From Myxococcota bacterium (lineage in GTDB: Bacteria; Myxococcota_A; SURF-8), in the NCBI GenBank assembly GCA_965140415.1, contig OZ223209.1, positions 320,001 through 384,000 of the forward strand: 64,000 bases of DNA, written 5' to 3'. The notes under the pieces were generated by a model, which saw only the letters and a program-made list of their open reading frames with translations, did not search any database and was not told the DNA's origin. Positions 49,795-59,962 of the stretch are shown here, in pieces. Positions within the stretch are counted from its first letter, which is position 1, and each line of letters starts with the position of its first letter. Made by a program: the position numbers and the translations under genes.

Positions 49795-50355
49795 TCAATA
49801 CGGAAACACAGGGGGTCCATGCTTTTCGACGTGTTGTCGCAAAGCCTGCACGAAGCTTTGCTGTTGCGCGTCGTTCTCGAATGCTCGGGTGGGAATGACG
49901 TGGGCGCTGATGCTGTCAATAAATACGAAAAGATGCTCCGCTTGCTCCACGATTTCGTGAATGCCTTCCCAGCGGGTCAGTTGCTCGCCATAGGCGGTGC
50001 GCTCCCGGAAGCCGTCTTCTTCGATAGTAAAGGTCTTTTCGCCCAGCAGACCGCTATTCGGATCGGCCAGCTTGATGACACGCCGAAAGTTTTTCAGCAT
50101 GCCTTTTCTGATTAGCCGAGGCAGGAAGGGAAGCACGATCAAGGTGGCGATGGCAAGAGGAATAAGCCGGATGAAATCATCGACATAGAGCGAAAGAAGA
50201 ATCGCCAGAGCCGCCATCAGAAGCAGATACGCGCCGATACCGGTAATGATGGTACGGCGATAGACGGAGCGATGCTTGACGAAGTAGGCGTAGCTGTTAA
50301 ATGCGACGAAATCTTCTTGTGTCACCTGCACGGTAATCGATGCGGCGGCGTCCAT
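49795..50355 (-). CDS. YcxB family membrane protein
   Basis: Two TMs, W..I..IVE, VIPTRAF. Confidence 0.8.
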   Translation of the reverse strand: MDAAASITVQVTQEDFVAFNSYAYFVKHRSVYRRTIITGIGAYLLLMAALAILLSLYVDDFIRLIPLAIATLIVLPFLPRLIRKGMLKNFRRVIKLADPNSGLLGEKTFTIEEDGFRERTAYGEQLTRWEGIHEIVEQAEHLFVFIDSISAHVIPTRAFENDAQQQSFVQALRQHVEKHGPPVFPY

Positions 50356-50378
50356 GCTCTATCCTCTTGACGTTTCGT

Positions 50379-50759
50379 TTATTTCCCTGCGATCAGGTCG
50401 ATCTCCACCATACCGTTTGCGGGTAGTTTCGACACTTGAACCGCCACACGCGCAGGCGGGTCTTGTTCGAAAAACGAGGCGTAGACTTCGTTGACGGCGG
50501 GGTAGTCTGCCAGATCGACCATGTAAATGGTGGCCTTTAACGCATTGGCCATGCTCATCTGAGCCGCTTCCAAGATCGCCTGCAGATTCTTCATGGCCTG
50601 GCGGGTCTGGGCGCTCACATCGCCGTCCACCAGTTTTCCGGTTGCCGGATCGATGCCCAGGCTACCGGAAGCAAACAGCATATCGCCATATTGAACCGCC
50701 TGCGAATATGGCCCCAATGCTTTCGGAGCTTGATCGGTATGGATGATCTTCTTCTGCAT
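50379..50759 (-). CDS. ridA: RidA/YjgF enamine deaminase
   Basis: APKALGPYSQA, NEVYASFF, PPAR, VEID. Confidence 0.93.
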   Translation of the reverse strand: MQKKIIHTDQAPKALGPYSQAVQYGDMLFASGSLGIDPATGKLVDGDVSAQTRQAMKNLQAILEAAQMSMANALKATIYMVDLADYPAVNEVYASFFEQDPPARVAVQVSKLPANGMVEIDLIAGK

Positions 50760-50858
50760 GATTTTCCTCCCACACTTCCGCATCTTGCAATACCACATCC
50801 CACAATCCGTTGTGAAACCAGTTGTGCGCTCAACAATTAAATCTTGATTGCCTTAACG

Positions 50859-51758
50859 TTACTTCTTTCTCGACAGTAGCGAAACAATTGGGATCTTCCT
50901 GAATATTTCAATGGTTTTGAACAGGTAGCGATCTATCGTTTCAAGATGACCGGTAATTTCATTAAGTTTAGGATAAATTCCAAGTTGTAGGAGAACTCCA
51001 ATACCCAGTACCCCACGTTCAATATCCCTGCGTAGCCATTCATTGGCGATTCGCGCGGTGTATATCTGATTCGAATTGTCATTGATTGAATTATTGTAAG
51101 TTACATTTTCCGAAATGGGACGTATATGGTAACAAGCAAGCTCTTCTGGAAGAACCCAAATATCGTATTTCAACAAAAATCGTATCATAAACTCAACATC
51201 GCCAGCTGAACGGTAATCAGGATTGTACATGCCGACACAATCATAAACATCGCGTCGATATACAAAACTATTATTCGGCAGACAATGATAGTAGTTTCCA
51301 AGAACAGTCACTGCTTTCAAATTCGGATTAAGAGGATTACGAGAAAGTTCTATGCAAGTATTTCCTTCAATTCTTTCTTCCACTAACATACTGCGACAAG
51401 CTGCTCCGGCAAACTGCGGATCATCACAGGCTTCCAGGAAACCAATTGTTTTTTCAAGGAATGTAGGAAACCAAGTGTCGTCATCGTCTAAAATCGTCAC
51501 ATATTTACTTTGACAACTTTGTATCGCTTTTACAGCAGCGCCTTCCATACCAATGCTTTTATCATTATGTAGCACAATTAATCTACCTGAAAAGCGGTCC
51601 TTGAATCGCGTAGCCAGTTTATTCACAGGATCAGGATCTCCCCCATCATTGATGACGACCATCAGGTAATGCTGCCAAGTTTGATCGAGAACGCTTTTCA
51701 TCGCCCGTTCGAGCAACAAGGGTCTATTCTTTGTTCGCGTAACAATAGCAATATCCAT
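50859..51758 (-). CDS. Glycosyltransferase family 2 (AT-rich gene)
   Basis: TRTKNRP, INDGG, LDDDD, GDVEF. Confidence 0.9.
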   Translation of the reverse strand: MDIAIVTRTKNRPLLLERAMKSVLDQTWQHYLMVVINDGGDPDPVNKLATRFKDRFSGRLIVLHNDKSIGMEGAAVKAIQSCQSKYVTILDDDDTWFPTFLEKTIGFLEACDDPQFAGAACRSMLVEERIEGNTCIELSRNPLNPNLKAVTVLGNYYHCLPNNSFVYRRDVYDCVGMYNPDYRSAGDVEFMIRFLLKYDIWVLPEELACYHIRPISENVTYNNSINDNSNQIYTARIANEWLRRDIERGVLGIGVLLQLGIYPKLNEITGHLETIDRYLFKTIEIFRKIPIVSLLSRKK

Positions 51759-51778
51759 AACCGCGATTCTCCCGTTTA

Positions 51779-53965
51779 TCAGTCCGTTCGGTAGTCGATC
51801 ACGCGCTCGACACTGAGGATTCCCTTTTGACGTCGTATGGCGCGTTTGAGCTTGTCGAGTTGTTCCTCGCTTTTAATGTGGAACTTGAAAATACTGGTGC
51901 CACGCCCGGCGTCGCTGCTGGCCCAGACACTGAGAATGTTGATACGAAAATCCGAAAAAATCGCCGAGACGTGAGTGAGCAGGCCGGGTTGATCTTTGCC
52001 GATCACTTTCAGAGCAACCGGAAGTTCCAATTGCTGTTTTTCATCCCAGTAGGCTTCCAGCACACGTTCCGGCTCGGCCTTGGGTAACATGCGGCAGTCG
52101 GCTCGGTGAATGGTTACACCGTGTCCGCGCGTCACGAAGCCGACAATGGCATCTCCGGGTATCGGTGAGCAGCACTTGGCGAAACGTACCATCATGTTGT
52201 CGATATCGGAAATACAGATACCCGACTTGGAACGCTTGTTGCGATGCACCGGCGGGGCCGGTGGTTCTTCATAAAGTTTCGCTTTATCTTCTTCTTTTTC
52301 CTGTTCGGGAGCGTGTTTCCCAAGCAACTCGGAAATGCGCGCCTTGCCACGACCGATGGCGATCAGGGCTTCGTCGATGTTGCGGTAGCGCATGTTTTTG
52401 AGCGACTCGTCCAACTCACCGTCTTTTTGCAGACGATTGAAGTTGAGCCCATGTTTCTTGAACTCACGCTCGACCAGTTCGCGCCCCAGTTCCCGGCTCT
52501 TTTCGCGCTCTTCCTCGCGCAGCGCATGGCGGATCTTGTTCTTGGCGCGCGAAGTTTTAACGAAGTCCAGCCATTCCTTGTTGGGATGCTGGTTTTTCGA
52601 AGTCATAATGGAGACTTCGTCGCCGTTTCGAAGCTGGTATTTCAACGGAACGATTTTTCCGTTGACCTTGGCACCGGTGCAATGCATTCCGACTTCGCTG
52701 TGAATCGAAAAGGCAAAATCCAGTGGCGTCGATTCGATGGGCAGTTCGCGCACATCACCGTCCGGCGTGAAAACGAATACGTAATCGCTGAACAAATCCA
52801 GCCGCAACAAATCGATGAACTCGTTGGGGTCGTCTGCTTCGCTGTAGGAGGAAGTCAACTGCCGCAGCCAGTTGATCTGCGAATGTTCCTTGGGATCGTA
52901 ACCGCTGTGGCCCTGCTCCTTGTAGCTCCAATGAGCGGCCACGCCGTTTTCGGCGATGTCGTGCATATGGCGCGTGCGGATCTGAATTTCCATGCGGTCG
53001 CCGTAGGGACCGACCACGATGGTGTGCAACGACTGGTACCCGTTGGGCTTGGGCATGGCGATGTAATCCTCGAACATGCCCTGAATCGGTCGCCACAAGG
53101 TGTGAACCAGACCCAGCGTTTGGTAACACTGCTCCAGGTTCTGCACGATGATGCGAAAGGCCACCAAATCGTAAAGCTGGTCCATGCCGATCAGCTTACG
53201 TCGGATTTTGCGATAGATCGAATAGTAGTGCTTGGTGCGTCCGTAGACCTTGGCCTCGATGTTATGCTCCGACAGCACGTCTTTCATTTGCCGCACGACG
53301 TTGTCTACGTGGGTGCGCTGTTCCTGTTGGTAACGGGCGACGTACTCGGTGATCTCGGTATATTCTTCAGGATGCAGCACACCCAGAGATAAATTCTCCA
53401 ACTCGCTTTTCAACCAGTGGATACCCAGTCGGCTGGCAATAGGGGCGTATATGTCCAGCGTTTCCTGCGCCAGTTGCTGCCGCCGGTCCGCATCGGCGAT
53501 CAGTTGCAGATCGCGCATGACCTGCAAGCGGTCGGCCAGTTTGATGAAAATGACGCGGATTTCGGAAGCCATCGCCAGAAACATCTTGCGAAAGCTTTTA
53601 GCCTGTTCGGCCTGGCGACTGCGAAAGTTGAGTCGGCTCAGCATCGTGACTTCATTGACCAGAAATGCAACTTCTTTTCCAAACTGCTGTTCGATTTCTT
53701 CGTTGGTCGCCAGATTTTCCACCTGAGCATCGTGTAATAGCGCGGCGGCCACGCTTTTATCATCCATATGTAAGCGGACAACCTGTGCTGCCACTTCCAC
53801 CGGATGCACGAGGAAAGCGTCTCCCAGCTTTGATTTCTTTTGACCGTGCCAGAGCATGGTCTGATCGTAGGCGCGCCGCAGCAGATCGGCGTCGGCGTTG
53901 GGTGCATAGCCGAGCACCTCGTCCAGAACGGACTTGAAACGAGATTTAATCGATGGGGGGGTCAT
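51779..53965 (-). CDS. rel: Long RelA/SpoT homolog (HD-SYNTH-TGS-ZFD-ACT)
   Basis: IKLADR, GRTKHYYSI, PKPNGYQSLHT, EIQIRT, AAHW, DFAFSIH, AKCCSP. Confidence 0.96.
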   Translation of the reverse strand: MTPPSIKSRFKSVLDEVLGYAPNADADLLRRAYDQTMLWHGQKKSKLGDAFLVHPVEVAAQVVRLHMDDKSVAAALLHDAQVENLATNEEIEQQFGKEVAFLVNEVTMLSRLNFRSRQAEQAKSFRKMFLAMASEIRVIFIKLADRLQVMRDLQLIADADRRQQLAQETLDIYAPIASRLGIHWLKSELENLSLGVLHPEEYTEITEYVARYQQEQRTHVDNVVRQMKDVLSEHNIEAKVYGRTKHYYSIYRKIRRKLIGMDQLYDLVAFRIIVQNLEQCYQTLGLVHTLWRPIQGMFEDYIAMPKPNGYQSLHTIVVGPYGDRMEIQIRTRHMHDIAENGVAAHWSYKEQGHSGYDPKEHSQINWLRQLTSSYSEADDPNEFIDLLRLDLFSDYVFVFTPDGDVRELPIESTPLDFAFSIHSEVGMHCTGAKVNGKIVPLKYQLRNGDEVSIMTSKNQHPNKEWLDFVKTSRAKNKIRHALREEEREKSRELGRELVEREFKKHGLNFNRLQKDGELDESLKNMRYRNIDEALIAIGRGKARISELLGKHAPEQEKEEDKAKLYEEPPAPPVHRNKRSKSGICISDIDNMMVRFAKCCSPIPGDAIVGFVTRGHGVTIHRADCRMLPKAEPERVLEAYWDEKQQLELPVALKVIGKDQPGLLTHVSAIFSDFRINILSVWASSDAGRGTSIFKFHIKSEEQLDKLKRAIRRQKGILSVERVIDYRTD

Positions 53966-54581
53966 AATCGAATTCGGCTAGCAGCCGCTCCAGATCATCC
54001 TGGCTGAAGGAGGTTTCCGTTTGGGTCTCCGTAATAACGGCCTCCAACTCGTCGACGGCGTTTTCCAGGACGTCGTTCAAGATAATGAAATCGTAATGCC
54101 GCGCCTGGTATAGTTCTCCAGCGGCGTTACGCAGGCGTTTGGCGATCTCCGCCGGATCGTCCGTTTTCCGTTCGCGCAGTCTCCGCTCCAGTTCCATTCG
54201 GGACGGAGGCGAGATGAAGATCAGGGTGCATTCCGGATAGACTTCCTTCAACTTCTGCGCGCCCTGCACGTCGATGTCGAAGATCACCCGTTTTCCCTGC
54301 GCCAGAAGCTGCTCGACGAATTCTCGGCTGCTGCCATAGTAGTGTCCGTGCACTTGCGCCCATTCCAGGAAATCTCCCCGGTCACGCCGGTCGAAGAATT
54401 CGCGCTGGGTCAGAAAGTAGTATTCGCGCCCGTGCTGCTCGTCGCCCCGCCGGGGACGAGTCGTGCAGGAGATGGACATCATGAATTCCGGGCGGCGCGT
54501 GGACACCGCTTTGGTCAAGGTCGATTTGCCCGCTCCCGAGGGGGCGGAAACCACGTATAGATGTCTTCCCTTCTCGCTCAC
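53946..54581 (-). CDS. gmk: Guanylate kinase
   Basis: SAPSGAGKST, TTRPRR, DIDVQG. Confidence 0.97.
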   Translation of the reverse strand: MSEKGRHLYVVSAPSGAGKSTLTKAVSTRRPEFMMSISCTTRPRRGDEQHGREYYFLTQREFFDRRDRGDFLEWAQVHGHYYGSSREFVEQLLAQGKRVIFDIDVQGAQKLKEVYPECTLIFISPPSRMELERRLRERKTDDPAEIAKRLRNAAGELYQARHYDFIILNDVLENAVDELEAVITETQTETSFSQDDLERLLAEFDYDPPID

Positions 54582-54625
54582 GCCCGGTCCTTCCTATCGC
54601 TATTACCCTATACAGGGCATTGTTA

Positions 54626-55504
54626 TTATTCGACGTTTTGAATCTGTTCGCGCAGTTTTTCCAACTCGCTTTTGATTTCGACCACCATGCGCGAAATGTC
54701 CGCACTGCTGTTTTTCGAGCCGATGGTGTTGGCTTCCCGGTTCATCTCCTGAATCAGGAAATCGATTTTACGCCCGACCGGTTCGTCGTTGTCTAGAAAC
54801 CCCAGAAACTGTTGAATATGACTGCGCAGCCGTGTGATTTCCTCTGTAATATCACAACGGTCGGCAAAGTAAAGCACTTCCTGGGCCAGACGCGACTGAT
54901 CCAATTCCTGTGGCTTGATGGCCGAAATTTTCTGTTCCAGGCGGTTTTTATAACTCTCCACCACTTCCGGCGCCAGTTTTTCGATTTGAATGCTTAATTC
55001 CTTGATCGTGTTACAGCGCCCTGCCATATCGACGGCGATGGCTTTCCCTTCCGTTTCCCGCATTTCCGTAACCGATTTCAGCACGGCATCCAGCGCATCC
55101 TTGAGTTTGGTCCACATCAACTCAACGTCGTCATCGGTCCGTTTCAGCGAGATCACTTCCTTGGAATTGACGATCATGCTCAGGTTGACATCCTGCTGGA
55201 TGCCGAACTTGTGCCGGATCGACTGAATCGCCTTGTAATACTTTTCGGCCAGATCCCAGTTGACGCAGACATCTCTCGGCGTGTCGGCATTGGCGGCATC
55301 ACGAATCAGGGAAACTTCAAAGCGCCCCCGCGCAAACACTTTCTTGATGTGTTGCTGGATACGAATATCCAACCCGGCCATGTCATAAGGGACTTTGACC
55401 TTGACGTCGATGAATTTGCTGTTCACCGACCGGACTTCGAGGCGGTGGTGGTAATCCGCCAGCACCACGGATACGGATCCGAATCCTGTCATTGATTTGA
55501 TCAT
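54626..55504 (-). CDS. yicC: YicC/YloC family endoribonuclease
   Basis: KSMTGFG, RSVN, GRKIDFLIQEMNREANT, REQIQNVE. Confidence 0.95.
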   Translation of the reverse strand: MIKSMTGFGSVSVVLADYHHRLEVRSVNSKFIDVKVKVPYDMAGLDIRIQQHIKKVFARGRFEVSLIRDAANADTPRDVCVNWDLAEKYYKAIQSIRHKFGIQQDVNLSMIVNSKEVISLKRTDDDVELMWTKLKDALDAVLKSVTEMRETEGKAIAVDMAGRCNTIKELSIQIEKLAPEVVESYKNRLEQKISAIKPQELDQSRLAQEVLYFADRCDITEEITRLRSHIQQFLGFLDNDEPVGRKIDFLIQEMNREANTIGSKNSSADISRMVVEIKSELEKLREQIQNVE

Positions 55505-55550
55505 GGTGTGTACCATCCAATCTTGTATGTTGGTAAAGTTTCATGCTGTT

Positions 55551-55579
55551 ATGGTAGAGGCAAATCGAGGCGCTGTCAA
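55551..55579 (-). promoter_or_regulatory. Sigma70 promoter of yicC-gmk-rel
   Basis: TTGACA-N17-TACCAT on the minus strand. Confidence 0.65.
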
Positions 55580-55690
55580 ATCCGGGAAAATTCTATTTCC
55601 GGAGCAGACGCAATGGCAGGGAGAAAATATCGTGTTGTAGAAAAATTGTTGTGATGAAGAGAGGCGAATAGGGGAATCTTCGGAACTAGA

Positions 55691-57031
55691 TTAGATCACG
55701 TCCGTGCCTTTTTTGATAATCCACAGATCACCGACCCGACGGTAGAAGTCCTCCGGTTCCAACTCGGTTTTCATCACGCTGTTGAAGAAATTGTATTTGG
55801 ACAGGTCGTTGTCGATGATACGATCCTTCTGTTCCTCATAATATGGCGTGCCGGGCATGGGGGTGAGAATCGTATATCCTGCATACACTACACGATGTGA
55901 AGACGCATACTCTTGTAACGCGCTGAAGTCGTCTTCGGTGTAATCGGGCGGCACCACGTAATTGCCACGAATCATGATGCCGTTCTGGTGGAAAATCTCG
56001 ATGGCTTCCCGGATGAATTCGGCTTGTGAAGATTTGTTGTAGTGTCGCAGTTCCTCGTTGCGGAAGGACTCGAAACCGCAGATCACGACCTTCAAGCCAC
56101 CCTTGGCCAGTTTCTCTACCAGTTTCGGGTGCTTGGCCACAGCGTCCACGCGCAGATCCATAATGAAGAATTTGCGGATGCCTTCTTCGTCGATGCGGTC
56201 GAAAAGCTTGGAAAGAAACTCCTCACCTACCATGGAGTTGGCGTCGGCAAAACGTACTACCGGGTAGTCGTCGCAGCGTTTCAATTCCTCGATGACGCTT
56301 TCCACCTCGCGCTGGCGATACGCGCCGCCATACTGCGGCCAGATCGAACAGAAAGTACAGCGATAGGGACAGCCCAGCGATGTAAACACGTAGGTCGCCG
56401 GATCGGGTGATTTGCCGACTTTATAGGTTTCCCGCCAACGCGCCAACAGTCGCCGGTCGGGCATCAGGAAATCTTTCGTCGCCGACAGGCATTCACGTTC
56501 AGCCGGACCGGTGAAACGATACTCTTGGCCGTCGTTCAAATAGATGCCGCCGATTTGCTGCAAAGGCCGTCCCTGCTCCAACGCCTGCACGACTTCGCGG
56601 AAAACGTGCGCCGATTCACCTGGACAGACAATGTCCACCGGTTTTCCGGCGAAATCCTGCGGACACAGTGTCGCATGTAACCCACCGGCAACCGTTACGA
56701 TTTCCGGGTTGACCTGCTTGGCGACACGCAAAATCTCCATGCCGTCGTAGAATTCGGAAGCGATTACGGTAGTGGCGACGATATCCGGTTGTTCTCTCTC
56801 GATAATTTCGCGCACGAAGGCTGCAAGTGGCGGCGTATCCGGGTTCAGGTCGTATTCGCCCTTGGTTTCGATAAACACCACATCGTGATCTTTGACCGCC
56901 TCAGCGACTGTCAATAACCCGAGTGGAGGACCGATCAGCTTTTTATGGATAAAAGGTCGAGCCTGTTCGCTTGCGTGTTCCAGAATTCCGTTGTGCGGGG
57001 AACGCGGCGTGTTGATCAGCAGAATTTTCAT
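55691..57031 (-). CDS. Cobalamin-binding radical SAM enzyme (HpnR-like methyltransferase)
   Basis: PPLGL, GGLHAT, GCPYRCTFC, FADAN, GFES, TPMPGT. Confidence 0.9.
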   Translation of the reverse strand: MKILLINTPRSPHNGILEHASEQARPFIHKKLIGPPLGLLTVAEAVKDHDVVFIETKGEYDLNPDTPPLAAFVREIIEREQPDIVATTVIASEFYDGMEILRVAKQVNPEIVTVAGGLHATLCPQDFAGKPVDIVCPGESAHVFREVVQALEQGRPLQQIGGIYLNDGQEYRFTGPAERECLSATKDFLMPDRRLLARWRETYKVGKSPDPATYVFTSLGCPYRCTFCSIWPQYGGAYRQREVESVIEELKRCDDYPVVRFADANSMVGEEFLSKLFDRIDEEGIRKFFIMDLRVDAVAKHPKLVEKLAKGGLKVVICGFESFRNEELRHYNKSSQAEFIREAIEIFHQNGIMIRGNYVVPPDYTEDDFSALQEYASSHRVVYAGYTILTPMPGTPYYEEQKDRIIDNDLSKYNFFNSVMKTELEPEDFYRRVGDLWIIKKGTDVI

Positions 57032-57660
57032 GATACGCGACGTTTTCCAACCTGAGTGTGCGCCTGTTTGCGAATCAAGGTCTCCGCCGTCTTCAATAGT
57101 TCCTTGCGATCCACGATCAGATCCACTAAGCCGATATTGGCGGCTTCATCCGCCAGCACCGTGCGGCCCGACAAAATCAGCTCCGTTGCTCGCGATGCCC
57201 CCAAAAGCTCCGTCAGACGCACGACGCCGCCGCAACCGGGCATCAAATTGAAACTGACTTCGGGTAAAGAGAACACGGCCCGGCGTGCCGCGATGCGAAA
57301 ATCGCAGGCAAGCGCCATTTCCAGACCCACTCCCAAGCAGCAGCCACCAATAGCTGCCACCACTGGGAAAGGGGCATCTTCGAAGGCTTTGAAATTGAGG
57401 ATGTTCTCTTCCAGCCGTTCTTCCGGGTTTTCGATCAAAGGCTCTTCACTGTCGAACATCGCCTGTAATTCCGGTACGTTGGCGCCACTGCTAAAGTGCC
57501 GCCCTGCACCGTGGATGATCAAACCCTGTACCTGTAGAGAAGGCAGAACCTCTTTACGAAATTCGGTAATCTTGGCGAAAAACGCCAGATCCATTTCATT
57601 TCTGGGTGGCCGATCCAGTACCAGATAGCCGATCCCGTCTTTTTCCGTTAGACGTAGCAT
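57028..57660 (-). CDS. Enoyl-CoA hydratase/isomerase family
   Basis: FSSGAN, GVGLEMALACD, LPEV..MPG. Confidence 0.9.
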   Translation of the reverse strand: MLRLTEKDGIGYLVLDRPPRNEMDLAFFAKITEFRKEVLPSLQVQGLIIHGAGRHFSSGANVPELQAMFDSEEPLIENPEERLEENILNFKAFEDAPFPVVAAIGGCCLGVGLEMALACDFRIAARRAVFSLPEVSFNLMPGCGGVVRLTELLGASRATELILSGRTVLADEAANIGLVDLIVDRKELLKTAETLIRKQAHTQVGKRRVS

Positions 57661-58082
57661 TCCGTTTCCTGAACCACTACCAGGCCATAGGCCTGCGTCC
57701 GTGTATGCGACACACTGATGTGAAGTCTGTCGATTGTTTTTGCGGCCTGCTTGGCGGGCAGGCCCGAAAGCGTAACAATGCGTGGTGCGCCCTTCTCCGA
57801 GTGACCGAGTTCGATATCCCGTTCCGACAAAGCCGGAGAATGCGCCTCATCACCCAAATAACATAACACTGCGCGTTTCAGCGCTACAGCACCCGCCAGG
57901 CTCTGCATCGAGCGCCCGGCATATTCATCTCGTTCACGCTTGCTGAAAGAAGAGAATAGCACCTCCTCACGACGCTTGCGTAACGGATCGATTTCCACTA
58001 CTTCCAGATACGTGACGATCTGTCCGGTTTCGGCTACCGAAGAGATTTCATCGTTGAAGGTCTGTGCCGCTTTTTCTACCAT
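57648..58082 (-). CDS. AcpS-like protein, degenerate
   Basis: FSKRE, LAG..ALKRA, GAPRI, ISVSH; lacks GxD and KEA. Confidence 0.7.
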   Translation of the reverse strand: MVEKAAQTFNDEISSVAETGQIVTYLEVVEIDPLRKRREEVLFSSFSKRERDEYAGRSMQSLAGAVALKRAVLCYLGDEAHSPALSERDIELGHSEKGAPRIVTLSGLPAKQAAKTIDRLHISVSHTRTQAYGLVVVQETECYV

Positions 58083-58098
58083 ATTTGCCCGATTCCAC

Positions 58099-58812
58099 TT
58101 AACGATGGCGACGCGCCATTTCACAAAACAGCGACGTTTCCTCTCGCAGGGCCTCATCTTTGGGCATACGTTCTCCATTGTGAATTGCCGTCATGATCGC
58201 ACGAATCAACTCCGGGGGACGTCCTACGGTCAGGCTGCGTAAAAAAGTCAGACCTTCTTTTTCCAAGTCCTTGGGTGCGGTAGTGCAATCCACCAGACCC
58301 ATTTCAAAAGCTTCCATGCCGGAAATCAGTTTCCCGGACAGAATCAGTGACAAGGCCCGCCCGCGCCCCATTACCTGCTGCGCACGCACAGTGCCTCCGA
58401 AACCGGGTAACAGGTCGCGTTCCGATTCGGGCAGACCCAATAGCGCCGTCGTCGTGGCGTACCGGAAATGACAGGCCAGAGCCAACTCCAAGCCAGCCCC
58501 CATGCAACTTCCTGAAATCAAGGCAATAACTGGAACGGTAGCCGTGGAAATCATGTTCAGCAGGGTTTTACCTTCGTCCAACAAAGCCGCAAAACCGGTG
58601 GCGTCCACCTGCTCGCGTAATTGCTTCAAATCCGCCCCGGCGCAGAAATGTCTCCCCTTGCCTTTAACGATCACCGCTTTGATCGTCGGTTCGTTCAGGA
58701 AATCATGCAATTCCTGCCGATCGGCGAACACCGGTTCCGTCAAGGTGTTATAGGGAGGATTGCTCAATTCAATCCATCCTATTTTATCTTTGATGGTGTA
58801 GGTCAGTTGCAA
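58099..58812 (-). CDS. Enoyl-CoA hydratase/isomerase family
   Basis: FCAGADL, GAGLELALAC, LPE..LLPGFGG. Confidence 0.9.
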   Translation of the reverse strand: MQLTYTIKDKIGWIELSNPPYNTLTEPVFADRQELHDFLNEPTIKAVIVKGKGRHFCAGADLKQLREQVDATGFAALLDEGKTLLNMISTATVPVIALISGSCMGAGLELALACHFRYATTTALLGLPESERDLLPGFGGTVRAQQVMGRGRALSLILSGKLISGMEAFEMGLVDCTTAPKDLEKEGLTFLRSLTVGRPPELIRAIMTAIHNGERMPKDEALREETSLFCEMARRHR

Positions 58813-58873
58813 TGCTGACTCCTTCCCGTTGTATCAGGATTGAAACCGCGTACCGGGCCACAACCGAAGAAAC

Positions 58874-59962
58874 TCATTCCATCGCTTTGAAATACGACAA
58901 TCCACTTCTCTCGAAAGCGAGTTGCAAGCGCCGATCCAGACCGGAGGCCTGCTCTTGTGACAACAGCGACAAAAACTCCTGTTCCGCCTGATAGACGGAA
59001 TCCAGGACCAGCTCAAGACCGTTCTCGTCGATCCATTTCCGTTGCAGCACGCGGCGGCAACTCTGTACGACAAGATCCCGCAGGTCTTCCGCCCAATGTG
59101 GTGGTTCGCTTTCTACATCCATCTCCAACCACGGCAATGGTTCACCACAAAGTAAACCATCTCTATTCTTTGTACCACCTTTACCGCGTCTTACCAACTC
59201 CGAAAGCAATTTTAATAGCGGTTCGTAGTCTTTACGCTCCGTTTCCGGCATACGCTCCAGGTAATTTCCGACCGCAGGCAATAGGACATCCAACCCGATT
59301 GCATCCATCATCGACAACTGCCCGGCAGGGATCAGCGGATGTCGGCTGGCCGATTCCACCCGAGTGGCGGGGATACCCAATAGCAGAAGACGGCAGACTT
59401 CCGCTTGAATCGGCAATAGCAGACGATTGGCGGTAAAAGCGTTTTCCTCTTTCTGCATCACGGGTTTCAGTTCGTAACGACTGAGAAAATCGAGCAGGCG
59501 CGTGTGTTTATCGGAAGGATAACCATCGGGTATTATCACTTCCACCAGGGTCGTCAACTGCACCGGATAAAAGAAGTGCAACGCGGCCAGATCCGGATAC
59601 AAATCATCCGGCAGGATGGAACTGGAATTGCTGAACAACAGGGTTTGGCGATCCAATCGCGACATGACCGAGTCGATTGCACCCTGCTTTACCGGCAAGG
59701 ATTCCGCTACGCTCTCCAATACGATATCCGGCGGTTGCGTCAGAGGATCGCCATAGCGCAGAAAACGGACGGCTGGAAGCGGTTGTGACCCATCGGAAAG
59801 ACGAGCCATGCGTTTTTGAATCTTGCTGATGCGTTTTTTGAGTTTACTCAAGCGCTCGTCATCGGTGGACATCCACCAGACGTGACACCCGCGTTGCAGA
59901 AAGTACTCCCCTATGTTTTGCGCCATTTTTCCCGAACCCAGAATCAGTAGCCGTTCGGTCAC
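58874..59962 (-). CDS. 3-hydroxyacyl-CoA dehydrogenase family
   Basis: GSGKMA, ESVAE, SNSSS, LHFFYP, MDAIGLD; GTG start overlapping the upstream TGA. Confidence 0.85.
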   Translation of the reverse strand: MTERLLILGSGKMAQNIGEYFLQRGCHVWWMSTDDERLSKLKKRISKIQKRMARLSDGSQPLPAVRFLRYGDPLTQPPDIVLESVAESLPVKQGAIDSVMSRLDRQTLLFSNSSSILPDDLYPDLAALHFFYPVQLTTLVEVIIPDGYPSDKHTRLLDFLSRYELKPVMQKEENAFTANRLLLPIQAEVCRLLLLGIPATRVESASRHPLIPAGQLSMMDAIGLDVLLPAVGNYLERMPETERKDYEPLLKLLSELVRRGKGGTKNRDGLLCGEPLPWLEMDVESEPPHWAEDLRDLVVQSCRRVLQRKWIDENGLELVLDSVYQAEQEFLSLLSQEQASGLDRRLQLAFERSGLSYFKAME

